64,000 nt of DNA from Verrucomicrobiia bacterium (GCA_036502245.1 DASXYX010000024.1:5130-69129), one strand, 5' to 3'. Counted from the first letter of the stretch, positions 1 to 10,086 are shown. A program made the numbers and translations. Notes: generated by a model not told the origin, from the letters alone.

Positions 1-671
1 TCGGTGGCGGCGACTTGCTCCGGGGTCGGCTGGGAAGCCGTCACACCCGGCCCGGAACCGAAACTGAACGACCAATTGCCGACGTTCTGGTTCGCCTGGT
101 CTGAGGTTGAGTTGCCCATTACCTGGGAGAAAAACGAACTGGCTGCGGGGTTCGCTGAGCCAAAGACCGCAACAGCGGCAGCGGCGGAATTGGAAATGGA
201 TCCATTCGGTGACAAGTCCCATTGTGCGGTGACATCGTTTGTGACCGGCGTTTGCTGACGCTCAAGATACCGTTGCGCCACGGATTCGTTCTCATCATCA
301 GAAAGGCCCATGATTTTTTGAGGCGTCGGAATACCCATCAACTCTTGCGGCGTCAACAATGCCCAGTTCTGCTTTTCATCGAGATCCTTTTGCATTTGGG
401 CAAGTTGCGCGGGGGAAATCGACGGCGGCGGCACGGCAGGACCCGGAGTCGCGCCGAAATCGAACGACTGCGCCTGGACAGCCATGGCCGCTTCCGGCAA
501 AGCCGGCGCGCGCGGCGTCAGGGACGGCATGTTGGTATTATCGTCGTTCGGCGAAGAAAATATTATCGGTTGTTCCCCCTGCGCGACAACGTGTGCCGGA
601 ACAATAAGCGCCAAACCTGCTGCCGTGGCAACCGGCAACAAACGCGCCAATTTGGAAGCAAACCGATTCAT
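1..671 (-). CDS. Secreted hypothetical protein, truncated by the window edge (not in ORF track)
   Basis: ATG at 671 opens MNRFASKLARLLPVATAAGLALIVPAHVVAQGEQPIIFSSP...; signal-peptide-like N-terminus; frame stays open to position 1. Confidence 0.7.
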   Translation of the reverse strand, partial: MNRFASKLARLLPVATAAGLALIVPAHVVAQGEQPIIFSSPNDDNTNMPSLTPRAPALPEAAMAVQAQSFDFGATPGPAVPPPSISPAQLAQMQKDLDEKQNWALLTPQELMGIPTPQKIMGLSDDENESVAQRYLERQQTPVTNDVTAQWDLSPNGSISNSAAAAVAVFGSANPAASSFFSQVMGNSTSDQANQNVGNWSFSFGSGPGVTASQPTPEQVAAT

Positions 672-726
672 GACAATAATTGAACCTAAGGGATTGGCCA
701 CCATCCGTCAAAAGGCAATTCAGGCG

Positions 727-972
727 TTATTGCCGCTCATACTCGCCTTTGCCCAATCGTTTGAGCACGGTAAATCCGGCCTTTTTTGCGTCGGAAATCG
801 AAACCGGCTTGAGCTTGTGGGGTGTGCTGAAACTGGAAATGATCTTGCGGACGGGCTTTTTGCACGCCGGACATTTCTCCAATGGCGGCGCAGACAGCGG
901 GCGGTTCAGCGTGAATTGCCCGCCACAAATTTTGCATTCACCGTCACACAACTCATATTCATAAAGCGGCAT
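727..972 (-). CDS. FmdB-family zinc ribbon protein
   Basis: MPLYEYE-C..C start and CPAC motif. Confidence 0.85.
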   Translation of the reverse strand: MPLYEYELCDGECKICGGQFTLNRPLSAPPLEKCPACKKPVRKIISSFSTPHKLKPVSISDAKKAGFTVLKRLGKGEYERQ

Positions 973-1026
973 AGTATAATCTTTAATGTTTAAGAGGGGA
1001 TTGTCGAACTAAAACTGGCTGTGGAT

Positions 1027-2055
1027 TCATTTCGCCGCTGCCTTCGCCTCGCGCCACCCGGCCAGTTTGGCTTTGGCCCTTTCAATCTGTTCGTCATTAA
1101 ACACGCGGCTCGTCTCGATTTTTTTGACTATTTTTTCCGCGCGCTGGAGGTCATCCGAATTCATCGCATAGATCTCCGCCAGCTTCAGTTGCGCGTCGAA
1201 ATTCTTCGGCTGTTCCTGTGTCTCACGTTCAACCGTTTCAATCGCCGTGCCCAGATAACCCGCGGCGATCAATTCATCGACTGATTCCGGAAGTGTTTCG
1301 GCTCTATGCACTATTTTCACCCGCCCCCATTCCTGGATCGAACGCATCGCATATTCGATGTGCGAAACGGAGGCGTGCGGCTGCTTTTCCAGCGACCGAA
1401 GCACTTCCATCGCCTTATCGCTCCGGCGGAAGTCCTGCACATAGAGGCGCATCAACATTAACGCGGCGTCCGCGTTCGAGGGGTTTTGCGCGAGCAACGA
1501 TTTCAGGATGGTTTCCGCTTCGTCGAATTTCCCCTGCAAATGCAGTCGGTCCGCTTCGGCCAGCGGCGCGATCTTTTTGGCGCTTTCCTGCGGGATCCCC
1601 GCGCGTTCCAACAACGTTTCCACTGCCAGCACATTGGCATCGCCGGATGCTTTCAAAGTTTCGGCCAGTTCAAGCGCTTCCGCTCGCCTGCCCTCCCGGA
1701 GCAGGATCGCCAACATCTCCAGGTTCCGGGTGTGCTGACGGGGATCAAATTCACGGTTGCTGCTGGCCATACCGATTATCACATGAAACCCCCGCGCAAC
1801 GCATTCGCCCACGCACCAACCCCAGACCAGCGCCAGTATTCCGCCAACCAATGCCACGACGGGCACCATGGCGGCTGAACCGGGCAACAAAAGCAGCAAG
1901 ACCATCAGCAACCATGTGAAGCCGCAACGAAGCCCGCGGCGCAGATAATCAATCCTAGTGTCGTCACCCGATAACCCGGTATCAAATCCGCTCAACCACC
2001 AGGTTGCCGCCATGACAAGCAGCACCAGCACTATGCCTGAGAGAATCTCTACCAT
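1027..2055 (-). CDS. Membrane protein with C-terminal TPR-like repeats
   Basis: Three N-terminal hydrophobic segments; helical repeats (GKFDEAETILKSLLAQNPSNADA, QPKNFDAQLKLAEIY). Confidence 0.75.
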   Translation of the reverse strand: MVEILSGIVLVLLVMAATWWLSGFDTGLSGDDTRIDYLRRGLRCGFTWLLMVLLLLLPGSAAMVPVVALVGGILALVWGWCVGECVARGFHVIIGMASSNREFDPRQHTRNLEMLAILLREGRRAEALELAETLKASGDANVLAVETLLERAGIPQESAKKIAPLAEADRLHLQGKFDEAETILKSLLAQNPSNADAALMLMRLYVQDFRRSDKAMEVLRSLEKQPHASVSHIEYAMRSIQEWGRVKIVHRAETLPESVDELIAAGYLGTAIETVERETQEQPKNFDAQLKLAEIYAMNSDDLQRAEKIVKKIETSRVFNDEQIERAKAKLAGWREAKAAAK

Positions 2056-2067
2056 GGACCCTGATTA

Positions 2068-2841
2068 TTATTTCTTCAAAAACACACTGAACAGATCGAT
2101 CGGCAACGGGATGAACGTCGTTGTGTTGTGCTCGCTGGACATCTCCCGCATGGTCTGGAGGTAGCGCAGTTGCAACGCCATCGGTTCCTTGGCGAGGACA
2201 GCCGCCGCTTGCGCCATCTTTTCGGCGGCCTGGAATTCACCTTCAGCGTTCACGATCTTCGCGCGGCGTTCCCGCTCGGCTTCAGCCTGCTTGGCCATGG
2301 CGCGTTTCATTTCTTCGGGCAGGGCCACGTCCTTGATCTCCACCGCGGTGACTTTGATGCCCCACGGGTCGGTCTGGCGGTCAATGATCTCCTGCAAAGT
2401 CGAATTGATCTTGTCGCGATGCGCGAGTAATTCGTCCAATTCCGATTGACCGAGCACGCTACGCAATGTCGTTTGCGCCACGAGCGAAGTGGCCCGCCAA
2501 TAATTCTCCACTTTCACCACGGCAGCATTCGGATCTACTACCCGGAAATAGACCACGGCGTCCACGGTGGCGGGCACGTTGTCACGCGTCATGATCTCCT
2601 GTTTGGGAACATCGATGGTCACCACGCGCAGGTCCATCCGCACCATGCGGTCCACGACGGGGATCAGAAAAATGACGCCGGGGCCTTTGGCGGCGATGAG
2701 CTTGCCCAACCGGAACACCACGCCGCGCTCGTATTCCCGCAAAATTTTGACCGCCGAGGTTAAGATAAAGATGCCGATAAAGCCGACTATGAAAATTACC
2801 ACCAGGATGCCGCCGATGAGATGTTGATTTTGTTCGTCCAT
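2068..2841 (-). CDS. Slipin/stomatin (SPFH, band 7) family protein
   Basis: [40 protein letters not shown] motifs; directly downstream of nfeD. Confidence 0.95.
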   Translation of the reverse strand: MDEQNQHLIGGILVVIFIVGFIGIFILTSAVKILREYERGVVFRLGKLIAAKGPGVIFLIPVVDRMVRMDLRVVTIDVPKQEIMTRDNVPATVDAVVYFRVVDPNAAVVKVENYWRATSLVAQTTLRSVLGQSELDELLAHRDKINSTLQEIIDRQTDPWGIKVTAVEIKDVALPEEMKRAMAKQAEAERERRAKIVNAEGEFQAAEKMAQAAAVLAKEPMALQLRYLQTMREMSSEHNTTTFIPLPIDLFSVFLKK

Positions 2842-2848
2842 AATTTTA

Positions 2849-4114
2849 TCAGGTTTGTTTTGGTTTCACTTTCAAGGTCAATCCCTGGATGCCGACGATC
2901 TCCACGTCCCGTCCTATTTCCACGGGCGTCTCGCTGATGGCGTTCCAAAGCTCGCCTTCAATAAATACTTTGCCGCTATTGGCGTCGATCCGCGATTTGG
3001 CGGCGACCGTTTTGCCGATCATCGTCTCCACTCCGGCGTGGCTGGGCAGAAATTGCGCGCGAATGCCTTTGCTGACGAAGAACACAAAGAACGCCGCGGT
3101 GACGAGCGCTGCTGAAATCGCCCAGATCATGGGTAAATGATACCCCGCCGGCTCCCGGTTGAACAGCATCAATAGGCCCAGGAAAAAAGCGATGATGCCT
3201 CCGCCGGTCAAGACACCATGTGTCGGCGCGTAGATGTCCGTGACAAAGAGCGCCAGCGCCAGCACTATCAACGCCACGCCCGCCACGTTCAACGGAAGTG
3301 TCGCCGACATATATAAAAGAAGGATGATCGCCAGGACACCCGCGACGCCGGGAAGAATCGCTCCCGGATGGCTCAGTTCCGCGATGATGCCGTAAATCGC
3401 CACCAGCATGAGGAGCATCATCACTTCCGGCTGCCAAAACATCTGGAAAAATTCCTCACCCAGGCTCATCGGAATTTCCACCACTTGCGCTTTCGCAGTT
3501 CGAAGCGTTTGATCTCCAATCTTCTTTCCGTCCAGGTTTTGGAGCAGGTCCGGAAGATTCGTCGCGATTAGATCTATGACTTTCATCTGCAAAGCCTCTT
3601 TGGCGGTGAGCATCTTGCTTTGCCGGACCGCGGACACCGCCCATTCGACGTTGCGATGTCGTTTTTCCGCGATGGTTTGCATCACCTTGGCATAAGCGTT
3701 TTCCATCTTCTCCACCATGATGCTGTTGGTGCTTTCATCTTCGTTCCCCATATCCACCGGATGCGCCGCACCGATAGTCGTGTTGGGCGCCATGGCTGCG
3801 ACGTCCGCCGCCAGCGTGATATAACATCCGGCGCTGCCGGCCATCGCGCCTTCTGGCGAAACATAAACCACCGTGGGAACTTTGGATGAATAGAAATTTT
3901 CAACGATGTCATCCATGGATGCCACCAATCCACCGGGCGTGTCCAACTGGATGATAAGGCATTGGTCATCCTGGCTGGCAGCGGTATCGAGGGCGCGGGA
4001 AATGTAATTGGCGGTGGCCGGGCCAATCGGCCCTTTGATTTTGATCAATCCCACCTGCGCGGCTTGCAACGCCACAGTGCAAAAGACGACCGCGATGGAA
4101 ATCCAACGCTTCAT
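2849..4114 (-). CDS. nfeD: NfeD-family membrane-bound ClpP-class serine protease
   Basis: [19 protein letters not shown] region and C-terminal [14 protein letters not shown]-fold; start placed at [10 protein letters not shown] signal peptide. Confidence 0.93.
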   Translation of the reverse strand: MKRWISIAVVFCTVALQAAQVGLIKIKGPIGPATANYISRALDTAASQDDQCLIIQLDTPGGLVASMDDIVENFYSSKVPTVVYVSPEGAMAGSAGCYITLAADVAAMAPNTTIGAAHPVDMGNEDESTNSIMVEKMENAYAKVMQTIAEKRHRNVEWAVSAVRQSKMLTAKEALQMKVIDLIATNLPDLLQNLDGKKIGDQTLRTAKAQVVEIPMSLGEEFFQMFWQPEVMMLLMLVAIYGIIAELSHPGAILPGVAGVLAIILLLYMSATLPLNVAGVALIVLALALFVTDIYAPTHGVLTGGGIIAFFLGLLMLFNREPAGYHLPMIWAISAALVTAAFFVFFVSKGIRAQFLPSHAGVETMIGKTVAAKSRIDANSGKVFIEGELWNAISETPVEIGRDVEIVGIQGLTLKVKPKQT

Positions 4115-4185
4115 ACTCCGATGATTGAAGCTAACAAACAACGAGGTGTATGTAAAATGATTTGGGCAATGGGCAATATCTTGGT

Positions 4186-4395
4186 TTGGTGGGGCGAGCC
4201 GAATGGCAAGTGGCGCTGCCACTGCGAGCCGCAGCCGCGGCTTGTCCCGCCATAACTTGAGCGATGGCGGAAGCGGCTTCTGATTTTGATTGATCGCATT
4301 TGAATGTCCCGCAGGGACAAATGAAAATAGCCCGCAGTTTTAACTGCGGGTAAAGTCCCCTAAAACCAAAGTCCCGAAGGGACGACTGAATCCTT
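4186..4395. repeat. Composite REP-like element (GCGAGCCGAATGGCAAGTGGCGCTGCCAC block plus AATAGCCCGCAGTTTTAACTGCGGG and GTCCC-N4-GGGAC hairpins)
   Basis: Same blocks recur at 19786-19921; hairpin half matches the units flanking tnpA at 6421-7950. Confidence 0.85.
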
Positions 4396-4446
4396 GAAAC
4401 TAGAACACAGTGCATCAATCGGACCGACACGAAACACCAGCATCAT

Positions 4447-4618
4447 CCCCTCACCTTTAAATCTTCTCCCCGTTGAGGGGAGAGGATTTCATTCGGACAT
4501 TTTGCGCAATTTGGAGTTTTCAATCACGTTCGTATCTTGATGGCGCTGCAAATGCAAAAAATATCCGCATCCCGTTCCTCCTCCCCTCAACGGGGAGGAG
4601 GTTAGGAGGAGGGGTGAG
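4447..4618. repeat. Pair of CCCTCACC..CTCCCC-N-GGGGAGAGG palindromes in inverted arrangement
   Basis: Related copies at 11241-11294, 24076-24120, 35132-35182, 38768-38803. Confidence 0.75.
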
Positions 4619-4800
4619 AAATTCAACGATGACTCAAATCCTTGCGTATCAACTTGACGTCAGGTACATCGCTTTCATTACAACTACATCCCGCCTCAGT
4701 GATACAACTATTGCAGAGAAATTTATCTCCAATCTCAATCGCATCAAAAGCGCCACAACGGTCACATTTGTGATCGGTTTGGACCAGAGGGTTCTCCACT

Positions 4801-6312
4801 TTATTCCTTTCCGGAAAAGGTTTCCGCCAATGCCACCGCTTTGCGCATGGCCATGGATTTATTCACTGTTTCCTGAAATTCGCCGTCCGGCATCGAGTCA
4901 TTTACCCATCCACCACCAGCCTGCACGTAGGCCTTGCCGTCCTTGACTAGTGCCGTGCGCAAGGTGATGCATGTGTCGCAATTGCCGTTGAAGGAAAAAT
5001 ACCCAACGCATCCCGCATAAGGCCCGCGCGCGGTTTGCTCGAGTTGCGAAATGATCTGCATGGCGCGGATCTTTGGCGCTCCGCTGACCGTGCCCGCCGG
5101 AAAGGTGGCACGCATCAAATCATATGGCGTCTTGCCGGCCGACAACTTCCCTTCCACCTGCGTGACGATGTGCATGACATGACTATATCGCTCGATCACC
5201 ATCAATTCTTTCACCGACACGCTCCCGAAATCGCAGACGCGGCCAATATCATTACGAGCCAGATCCACAAGCATGACATGCTCAGCGCGCTCCTTGGGAT
5301 CAGCGAGCAATTCTTTCTCCAGCGCCTGGTCCTCTTCTTCATTCTTTCCACGGCGGCGCGTTCCGGCAATGGGTCGTATCTCCACCCTGCTCTCTTCGCA
5401 ACGCACATGGATCTCCGGTGAGGCCCCCACGAGCGAGAAGCCATCTAACTCAAGTAAAAACATGTACGGCGAGGGGTTAATGGAGCGCACAGCGCGGTAT
5501 ATGTCCAGCGGCGAGGCCTTGACCGGCGCGGAGAAGCGTTGCGACCCGACCACTTGGATGATGTCACCGGCGTGAATGTATTTTTTGGCGGTCTCGACGT
5601 TGGCAAAAAACTTTTCCTGCGTCTGGTTGGATTTGAAATCAACCGGCGGCACATCATTCACCACCGCCACCGCGCTATATTTGCTCGGCTGTTCCAGCAA
5701 TGAAATGATACGGTCAATCTCGCTCGTAGCGCTCTCGTACGCATCGGCCGGACTGTCCGCTTCATCGAGGACGGCATTCACAAGAACGGTAATGGTCTGC
5801 GCGACACGGTCAAAAATCAGAAGCTCATCCGCGATGAGAAAATACATCACCGGCGTGTTTAATTCATCAACAGGCGGACGCGGCACCACCGGCTCCACGT
5901 CATGAATAAATTCGTACCCGATAAACCCGACCGCGCCGCCGGTAAAACGCGGGAGATTGGGCAAGGCTACTGCGCGATATTTCTTCATCACGCGCTCGAT
6001 AACTTCCAGTCCGTCTTTGACATCTTTGCCGACAGTAAACTTCTCGATGACTTTTCCGTTCTCAATGACTTCAACCGTGCTCCCGGTTTGCTTGATGACG
6101 GCCCGGGGATTGCAACCGACAAACGAATAGCGCCCGATATGTTCGCCGCCTTCCACGGATTCAAAAAGGAAAGATTCGCCCTGCCCGCGGATCTTGAGAT
6201 ACGCCGAAAGCGGCGTCTCGAAATCCGCAAGGATGCGTCGCATCACGGGGATCAGGTTTCCCCGCGTCGCGAGCTTCTGAAATTCATCCAACAATGGTGA
6301 ATGCATGTCCAA
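4801..6312 (-). CDS. trpE: Anthranilate synthase component I
   Basis: FLFESVEGGE..GRYSF, NPSPYMF, RPIAGTR, EHVMLVDLARND, FPAGTVSGAPKIRAMQII. Confidence 0.96.
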   Translation of the reverse strand: MDMHSPLLDEFQKLATRGNLIPVMRRILADFETPLSAYLKIRGQGESFLFESVEGGEHIGRYSFVGCNPRAVIKQTGSTVEVIENGKVIEKFTVGKDVKDGLEVIERVMKKYRAVALPNLPRFTGGAVGFIGYEFIHDVEPVVPRPPVDELNTPVMYFLIADELLIFDRVAQTITVLVNAVLDEADSPADAYESATSEIDRIISLLEQPSKYSAVAVVNDVPPVDFKSNQTQEKFFANVETAKKYIHAGDIIQVVGSQRFSAPVKASPLDIYRAVRSINPSPYMFLLELDGFSLVGASPEIHVRCEESRVEIRPIAGTRRRGKNEEEDQALEKELLADPKERAEHVMLVDLARNDIGRVCDFGSVSVKELMVIERYSHVMHIVTQVEGKLSAGKTPYDLMRATFPAGTVSGAPKIRAMQIISQLEQTARGPYAGCVGYFSFNGNCDTCITLRTALVKDGKAYVQAGGGWVNDSMPDGEFQETVNKSMAMRKAVALAETFSGKE

Positions 6313-6420
6313 CCATCATGCCAAGACCGGATGAATAAACAAACAATTTGCGAAAGCATTCCGCCTAAAATACTCGGCATGTATAGATATTATTCACGTT
6401 ACGGCTTGGAATACCTGAGG

Positions 6421-6610
6421 AGCGCCGCAGGCGCTTTTCGACAATAGCCCGCTGCTTTAGCTGCGGGTATGGCATCCAAAAATGAATCCGTCCCGACGGG
6501 ACGGCTGATCTGATTTTCAAAAAACTCAGCCACCCCTGCGGGGCTTTGTCATTTACCGCCCCGTTCCCGCAGTTAAAACTGCGGGCTATTTTCATTTGTC
6601 TCTGCGGGAC
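6421..6610. repeat. REP-like unit A: full inverted doublet (REPIN/BIME-like)
   Basis: CGCCGCAGGCG, AATAGCCCGCTGCTTTAGCTGCGGG, CCGTCCCGACGGGACGGCTGA followed by inverted counterparts TCAGCC..., CCCGCAGTTAAAACTGCGGGCTATT, GTCTCTGCGGGAC. Confidence 0.9.
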
Positions 6611-6671
6611 TATTGCTCTTAACCATGCGTATGGCTAAAAACATGCGCGCTTCGCTTTGGAACAATCTGTA

Positions 6672-6760
6672 ACGCCGAAGGCGTTTTTCGACAATAGCCC
6701 GCTGCTTTAGCTGCGGGTATGGTACCCAAAAATGAATCCGTCCCAACGGGACGGCTGAAA
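6672..6760. repeat. REP-like unit B: left half only, abutting the tnpA stop codon
   Basis: Nearly identical to 6422-6510. Confidence 0.9.
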
Positions 6761-7207
6761 CTATTTCCACAAATACCGTTCGTCATATTTGATGCTGTGT
6801 TTTTTCAACAACATCAAAAATTCTTCCTGGAACGTCATCTTACGATGGTGTTCAGGCTGTCCACGAATGTAGGCAACTGTTTTATCCAGTTGCGAAACGC
6901 TCACGCTGAAGGCTCCATACTCTTCCTGCCATGCAAATGTCCGTTGTTCGGAAAATGTTTCGTGAATCCATTTGGAGGAACCGCCCTTGATGAGTTGCAT
7001 CGCTTTGGAAATTGAAATGGTAGCGGGCAGTGAAAGCAAAATATGAACGTGGTCTTCCATACCACCCACTTCCATCGTAGTCATTTTATTTTGCCGCGCA
7101 ATCCCACCAAGAAACGGCCAAAGGCGTTCACGTAGTTCTGGTTTGATAAATGGACGGCGATCTTTTGTGCTGAACACGCAATGAAAATATGAACTGATAT
7201 AGGACAT
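6761..7207 (-). CDS. tnpA: IS200/IS605-like (Y1/HUH) single-strand transposase, no tnpB
   Basis: HCVFSTKDR, HUH motif DHVH, KGGSSKW, FAWQ..YGAFSVS, catalytic Y in YIRGQPEHH, YDERYLW tail. Confidence 0.95.
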   Translation of the reverse strand: MSYISSYFHCVFSTKDRRPFIKPELRERLWPFLGGIARQNKMTTMEVGGMEDHVHILLSLPATISISKAMQLIKGGSSKWIHETFSEQRTFAWQEEYGAFSVSVSQLDKTVAYIRGQPEHHRKMTFQEEFLMLLKKHSIKYDERYLWK

Positions 7208-7316
7208 GTTTTTGGCCTGTCTCTAAAATTATAATGATTCAAATCTCCACGACCATCCGTAAATTTATGTCCCGCTCCCGGGTGAACCGCAGGCAGAATA
7301 TCTTTGAAGACATTGG

Positions 7317-7490
7317 AGCGCCGCAGGCGCTTTTTGACAATAGCCCGCTGCTTTAGCTGCGGGTCTGGCATCCAAAAACGAATCCGTCCCAACGGGACGG
7401 TTGATCTAATTTTCAAAAACCTCAGCCGCCCCTGCAGGGCTTTGTCATTTGCCGCTCCGTTCCCTATTTTCATTTGTCCCTGCGGGACAT
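7317..7490. repeat. REP-like unit C: doublet with one hairpin deleted
   Basis: Colinear with unit A except that the GCAGTTAAAACTGCGGG hairpin is missing. Confidence 0.9.
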
Positions 7491-7697
7491 TTATTCATCG
7501 GCCCCTTTTGTAAAAACCCGACGCACCTCATCATTCACGCACTGTTCCGACCAATCAGGATGCTGATAGCGCAATCCCGCCGCCTTCATTTTTCGTGCCG
7601 ACCAATATAGTTGTTCGGCTAGCTGCAATCGCCGCACGCCAGTCATGGCACGCAATGCCGCAAACTGCTCAGGAGTAGTTTGTTCATCCGCAAGCAC
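7491..7697 (-). CDS. Small protein resembling Rv0078B/MenA1-like antitoxins, with no toxin partner here
   Basis: GTG at 7697 gives MLADEQTTPEQFAALRAMTGVRRLQLAEQLYWSARKMKAAGLRYQHPDWSEQ...; family resemblance is by eye. Confidence 0.55.
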   Translation of the reverse strand: MLADEQTTPEQFAALRAMTGVRRLQLAEQLYWSARKMKAAGLRYQHPDWSEQCVNDEVRRVFTKGADE

Positions 7698-7806
7698 AAG
7701 AGAATAATGCGCTGAAAGAGGGATTTGCACAAGTGTGACAATCATTAAAGCACGCATTAAGGCCTTGCCGAGCGTATGATAGTAAAAGTTTGAAACGGCA
7801 CGAATT

Positions 7807-7950
7807 GCGCCGAAGGCGCTTCCGACAATAGCCCGCTGCTTTAGCTGCGGGTATGGCATCCAAAAATGAATCCGTCCCAACGGGACGGCTGACCTGATTT
7901 TCAAAAACCTCAGCCGCCCCTGCGGGACATTCAAATGCAATCAATCAAAA
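7807..7950. repeat. REP-like unit D: doublet with a larger internal deletion
   Basis: Left half nearly identical to A/B/C; its tail is the reverse complement of ~4284-4316. Confidence 0.9.
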
Positions 7951-7953
7951 TTC

Positions 7954-8343
7954 TTAAACCTTTTTCTTCTTATAAATCTCTTCCGGTTTCTGCAATTGGG
8001 TTTCGGTGATCTTGACCTTGTCGCCGTCAATCGAACGAAAAAAACACGATTGATATCCTTCATGGCACGCGGCGCCGATTTGTTCAACCTGAATGAGCAA
8101 TACGTCGGCATCGCAATCAAAGGCGATATCTTTGACTGTTTGGGTATGGCCGCTCTCCTCGCCCTTCATCCAAAATTTCTGGCGTGACCGGCTCCAGAAA
8201 TGCGTCTTTCCGGTGGCCACCGTTTTTTCCAGCGAGGCCCGGTTCATCCACGCGAACATCAACACGCGCCCGGTCTTGTGCTCCTGGATGATGGCCGGGA
8301 TCAAGCCGTTGGCGTCGAATTTCAATTGGTCGTAAAAACTCAT
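7954..8343 (-). CDS. hisI: Phosphoribosyl-AMP cyclohydrolase
   Basis: GLIPAIIQ, WSRSRQKFWMKGEESG, DCDAD, ACHEGYQSCF. Confidence 0.96.
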   Translation of the reverse strand: MSFYDQLKFDANGLIPAIIQEHKTGRVLMFAWMNRASLEKTVATGKTHFWSRSRQKFWMKGEESGHTQTVKDIAFDCDADVLLIQVEQIGAACHEGYQSCFFRSIDGDKVKITETQLQKPEEIYKKKKV

Positions 8344-8403
8344 GCAACGGACAAAATGCCAGAGCTACGGCCAATAATGAAGAAAAACTTGAGCACCTTG
8401 GGA

Positions 8404-9579
8404 TCAATCCTGCCCCGGCGGCGGGCGCGGAGCAGGCGGCGCCAGTTCCATATTATTCAATAAATTCGTCGGATTGACGGGTGGATTGGTCGCTTGAAGC
8501 GGAACTGGCGGTGGCGTGACCGGCGGCACATTGGTCAAAACACTTGCTTCATTGGTTGAAAATGCCGGCGGATTTGTCAGCGCTGGAACGCCATTGGTCA
8601 CCAGGACATTCGTGACCTGCAAACTCACAGGAACGGCGTTGGTCGGCGGCGGATTCAGTTTCTGCCTGATATTGCGCTCGATCCGGCCTTTAAGATCGTC
8701 GTATGTGGAATTTGTGACGGCCTCCAACTGCGCCCGCGCTTCATCGTAACGTCCCACGAGATATTTGATGCGCGCCAAATGGATATACACCGCCTCGCGT
8801 TCGACTTCGGTTTGCGCCGACGCCAACGCATTGGTCCAGGCCACCAGCGCATCGTTGGTGCGCAATGGCTTAATGCCGTAATAGCTTTCCGCGTAATCCG
8901 ACGCCAATTCAAAATTCTTCGGATCCAACTGGATGGCTTTTTGGTATAGGGCGAGCGATTTATCAAAAACCCGGGCTTCCGTGATCTGGAAATAACCCCT
9001 CGCGTCCGGGCGGAAAAGATAAACGGTCGTCGCGAAATTTTGATAATAGATCGGTTCAGACGGGTTAAGATCGATTGCCTTTTGGTAATCGGCAAATGCG
9101 TTGGTCACCGGCCCGTGGTCGCCGAAATAATTCGCCAGGTTGTTCCAGGCGGCGGGGTCCTTGGGATCAAGTTTGCTGGAAGTGTCAAATTCAACATAGG
9201 CCAGGTCCTCCTTGCCGATGTCATCCAGAAAACTGCCGTATGCCATGTGGCCCGGCTCGTAGTCTGGATACTTTTTCAAAAAATCCTCGTACTTCAGCCG
9301 GACATCATCCAAGCGGACATGGATGCGCTGGTTCAAGTCGTTTCGGGATTCACCGCCGCCCTGGGCAGTCTGCTGATTGTTCGTGCGGATCCAGGTATCC
9401 ACCTCATCCATCGTTGCGTCGTCTGCCACCATCAACTGGTCCAATTCCGCCTGCACCGGGTCATTGGTGTTGACGATGGAATTGGAGGCAGCTTCCACAA
9501 CTGGATTGGTCTGCGCCGACAACTGGGTGGCAACCAGTATCGCGCCAAGAAGGCCGGCAAACAATCGATTCACGCGCAC
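8404..9579 (-). CDS. Secreted TPR-repeat protein with Pro/Thr/Asn-rich tail
   Basis: Signal peptide; repeats such as LDPKDPAAWNNLA, YQKAIDLNP, YQKAIQLDPKN. Confidence 0.85.
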   Translation of the reverse strand: MRVNRLFAGLLGAILVATQLSAQTNPVVEAASNSIVNTNDPVQAELDQLMVADDATMDEVDTWIRTNNQQTAQGGGESRNDLNQRIHVRLDDVRLKYEDFLKKYPDYEPGHMAYGSFLDDIGKEDLAYVEFDTSSKLDPKDPAAWNNLANYFGDHGPVTNAFADYQKAIDLNPSEPIYYQNFATTVYLFRPDARGYFQITEARVFDKSLALYQKAIQLDPKNFELASDYAESYYGIKPLRTNDALVAWTNALASAQTEVEREAVYIHLARIKYLVGRYDEARAQLEAVTNSTYDDLKGRIERNIRQKLNPPPTNAVPVSLQVTNVLVTNGVPALTNPPAFSTNEASVLTNVPPVTPPPVPLQATNPPVNPTNLLNNMELAPPAPRPPPGQD

Positions 9580-9622
9580 AAGGTATAAGCCCGCGCGCGT
9601 AGAGTCGAGGATACAGGGACTT

Positions 9623-9949
9623 TCAAGCCACCTGCCGGGTCATGTTTTCGCCGCCAAACGGATTGGCCGAACGCGATTTGCAATTCGGATCATCGCACCA
9701 TTGGCCATCCACCATGAAACGGTAATGATGAACGCCGGGCGGCAATTCAATCTCTGCCAGCCATAGCCCGTCCGAACCTTTCTTCAAGGGGATGGGGTGC
9801 TGCTGCCACTGCGTAAAATCCCCCACCAATTGCACAGCCACTGCGCCGGGCGAATTGAGTGAAAAAGTTTGCCGATGGCCATTTCCGTTGCCGGTACTTT
9901 TTGATGTCGTCGATGTCGTGATGCTTTTTGTCGTCGTTTTCTTTGCCAT
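9623..9949 (-). CDS. Glycogen-binding (CBM48/AMPK-beta-like) small protein
   Basis: VQLVGDFTQW, LPPGVHHYRFMVDGQW..DP, NPFGGEN. Confidence 0.88.
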   Translation of the reverse strand: MAKKTTTKSITTSTTSKSTGNGNGHRQTFSLNSPGAVAVQLVGDFTQWQQHPIPLKKGSDGLWLAEIELPPGVHHYRFMVDGQWCDDPNCKSRSANPFGGENMTRQVA

Positions 9950-10086
9950 AATTCGTCCTTTTTAGAAATTTCTGCGAAACAGCTTCTCGTAACGCAGAGA
10001 TTTCTTTTCGGGTTTGATAAACTCAACCCTGTCAGAAACTAACTCAAAAATCCGACAACGCAAATCGGCAGAATGATCAAAAATAC

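Noticed and set aside
4..993. Plus-strand ORFs at the window start
   Set aside because: Antisense to the FmdB gene and the partial minus-strand secreted protein
4473..4946. 157-aa plus-strand ORF
   Set aside because: Runs through palindromic repeats and overlaps the trpE end; no motif support
6365..7944. Short ORFs sharing FLKIRSAVP.GRIHFW peptides
   Set aside because: They are translations of the DNA repeat units, not a protein family
6421..7950. CRISPR array
   Set aside because: Units are 90-190 bp with very unequal, gene-containing intervals; no cas genes; better explained as REP-like repeats
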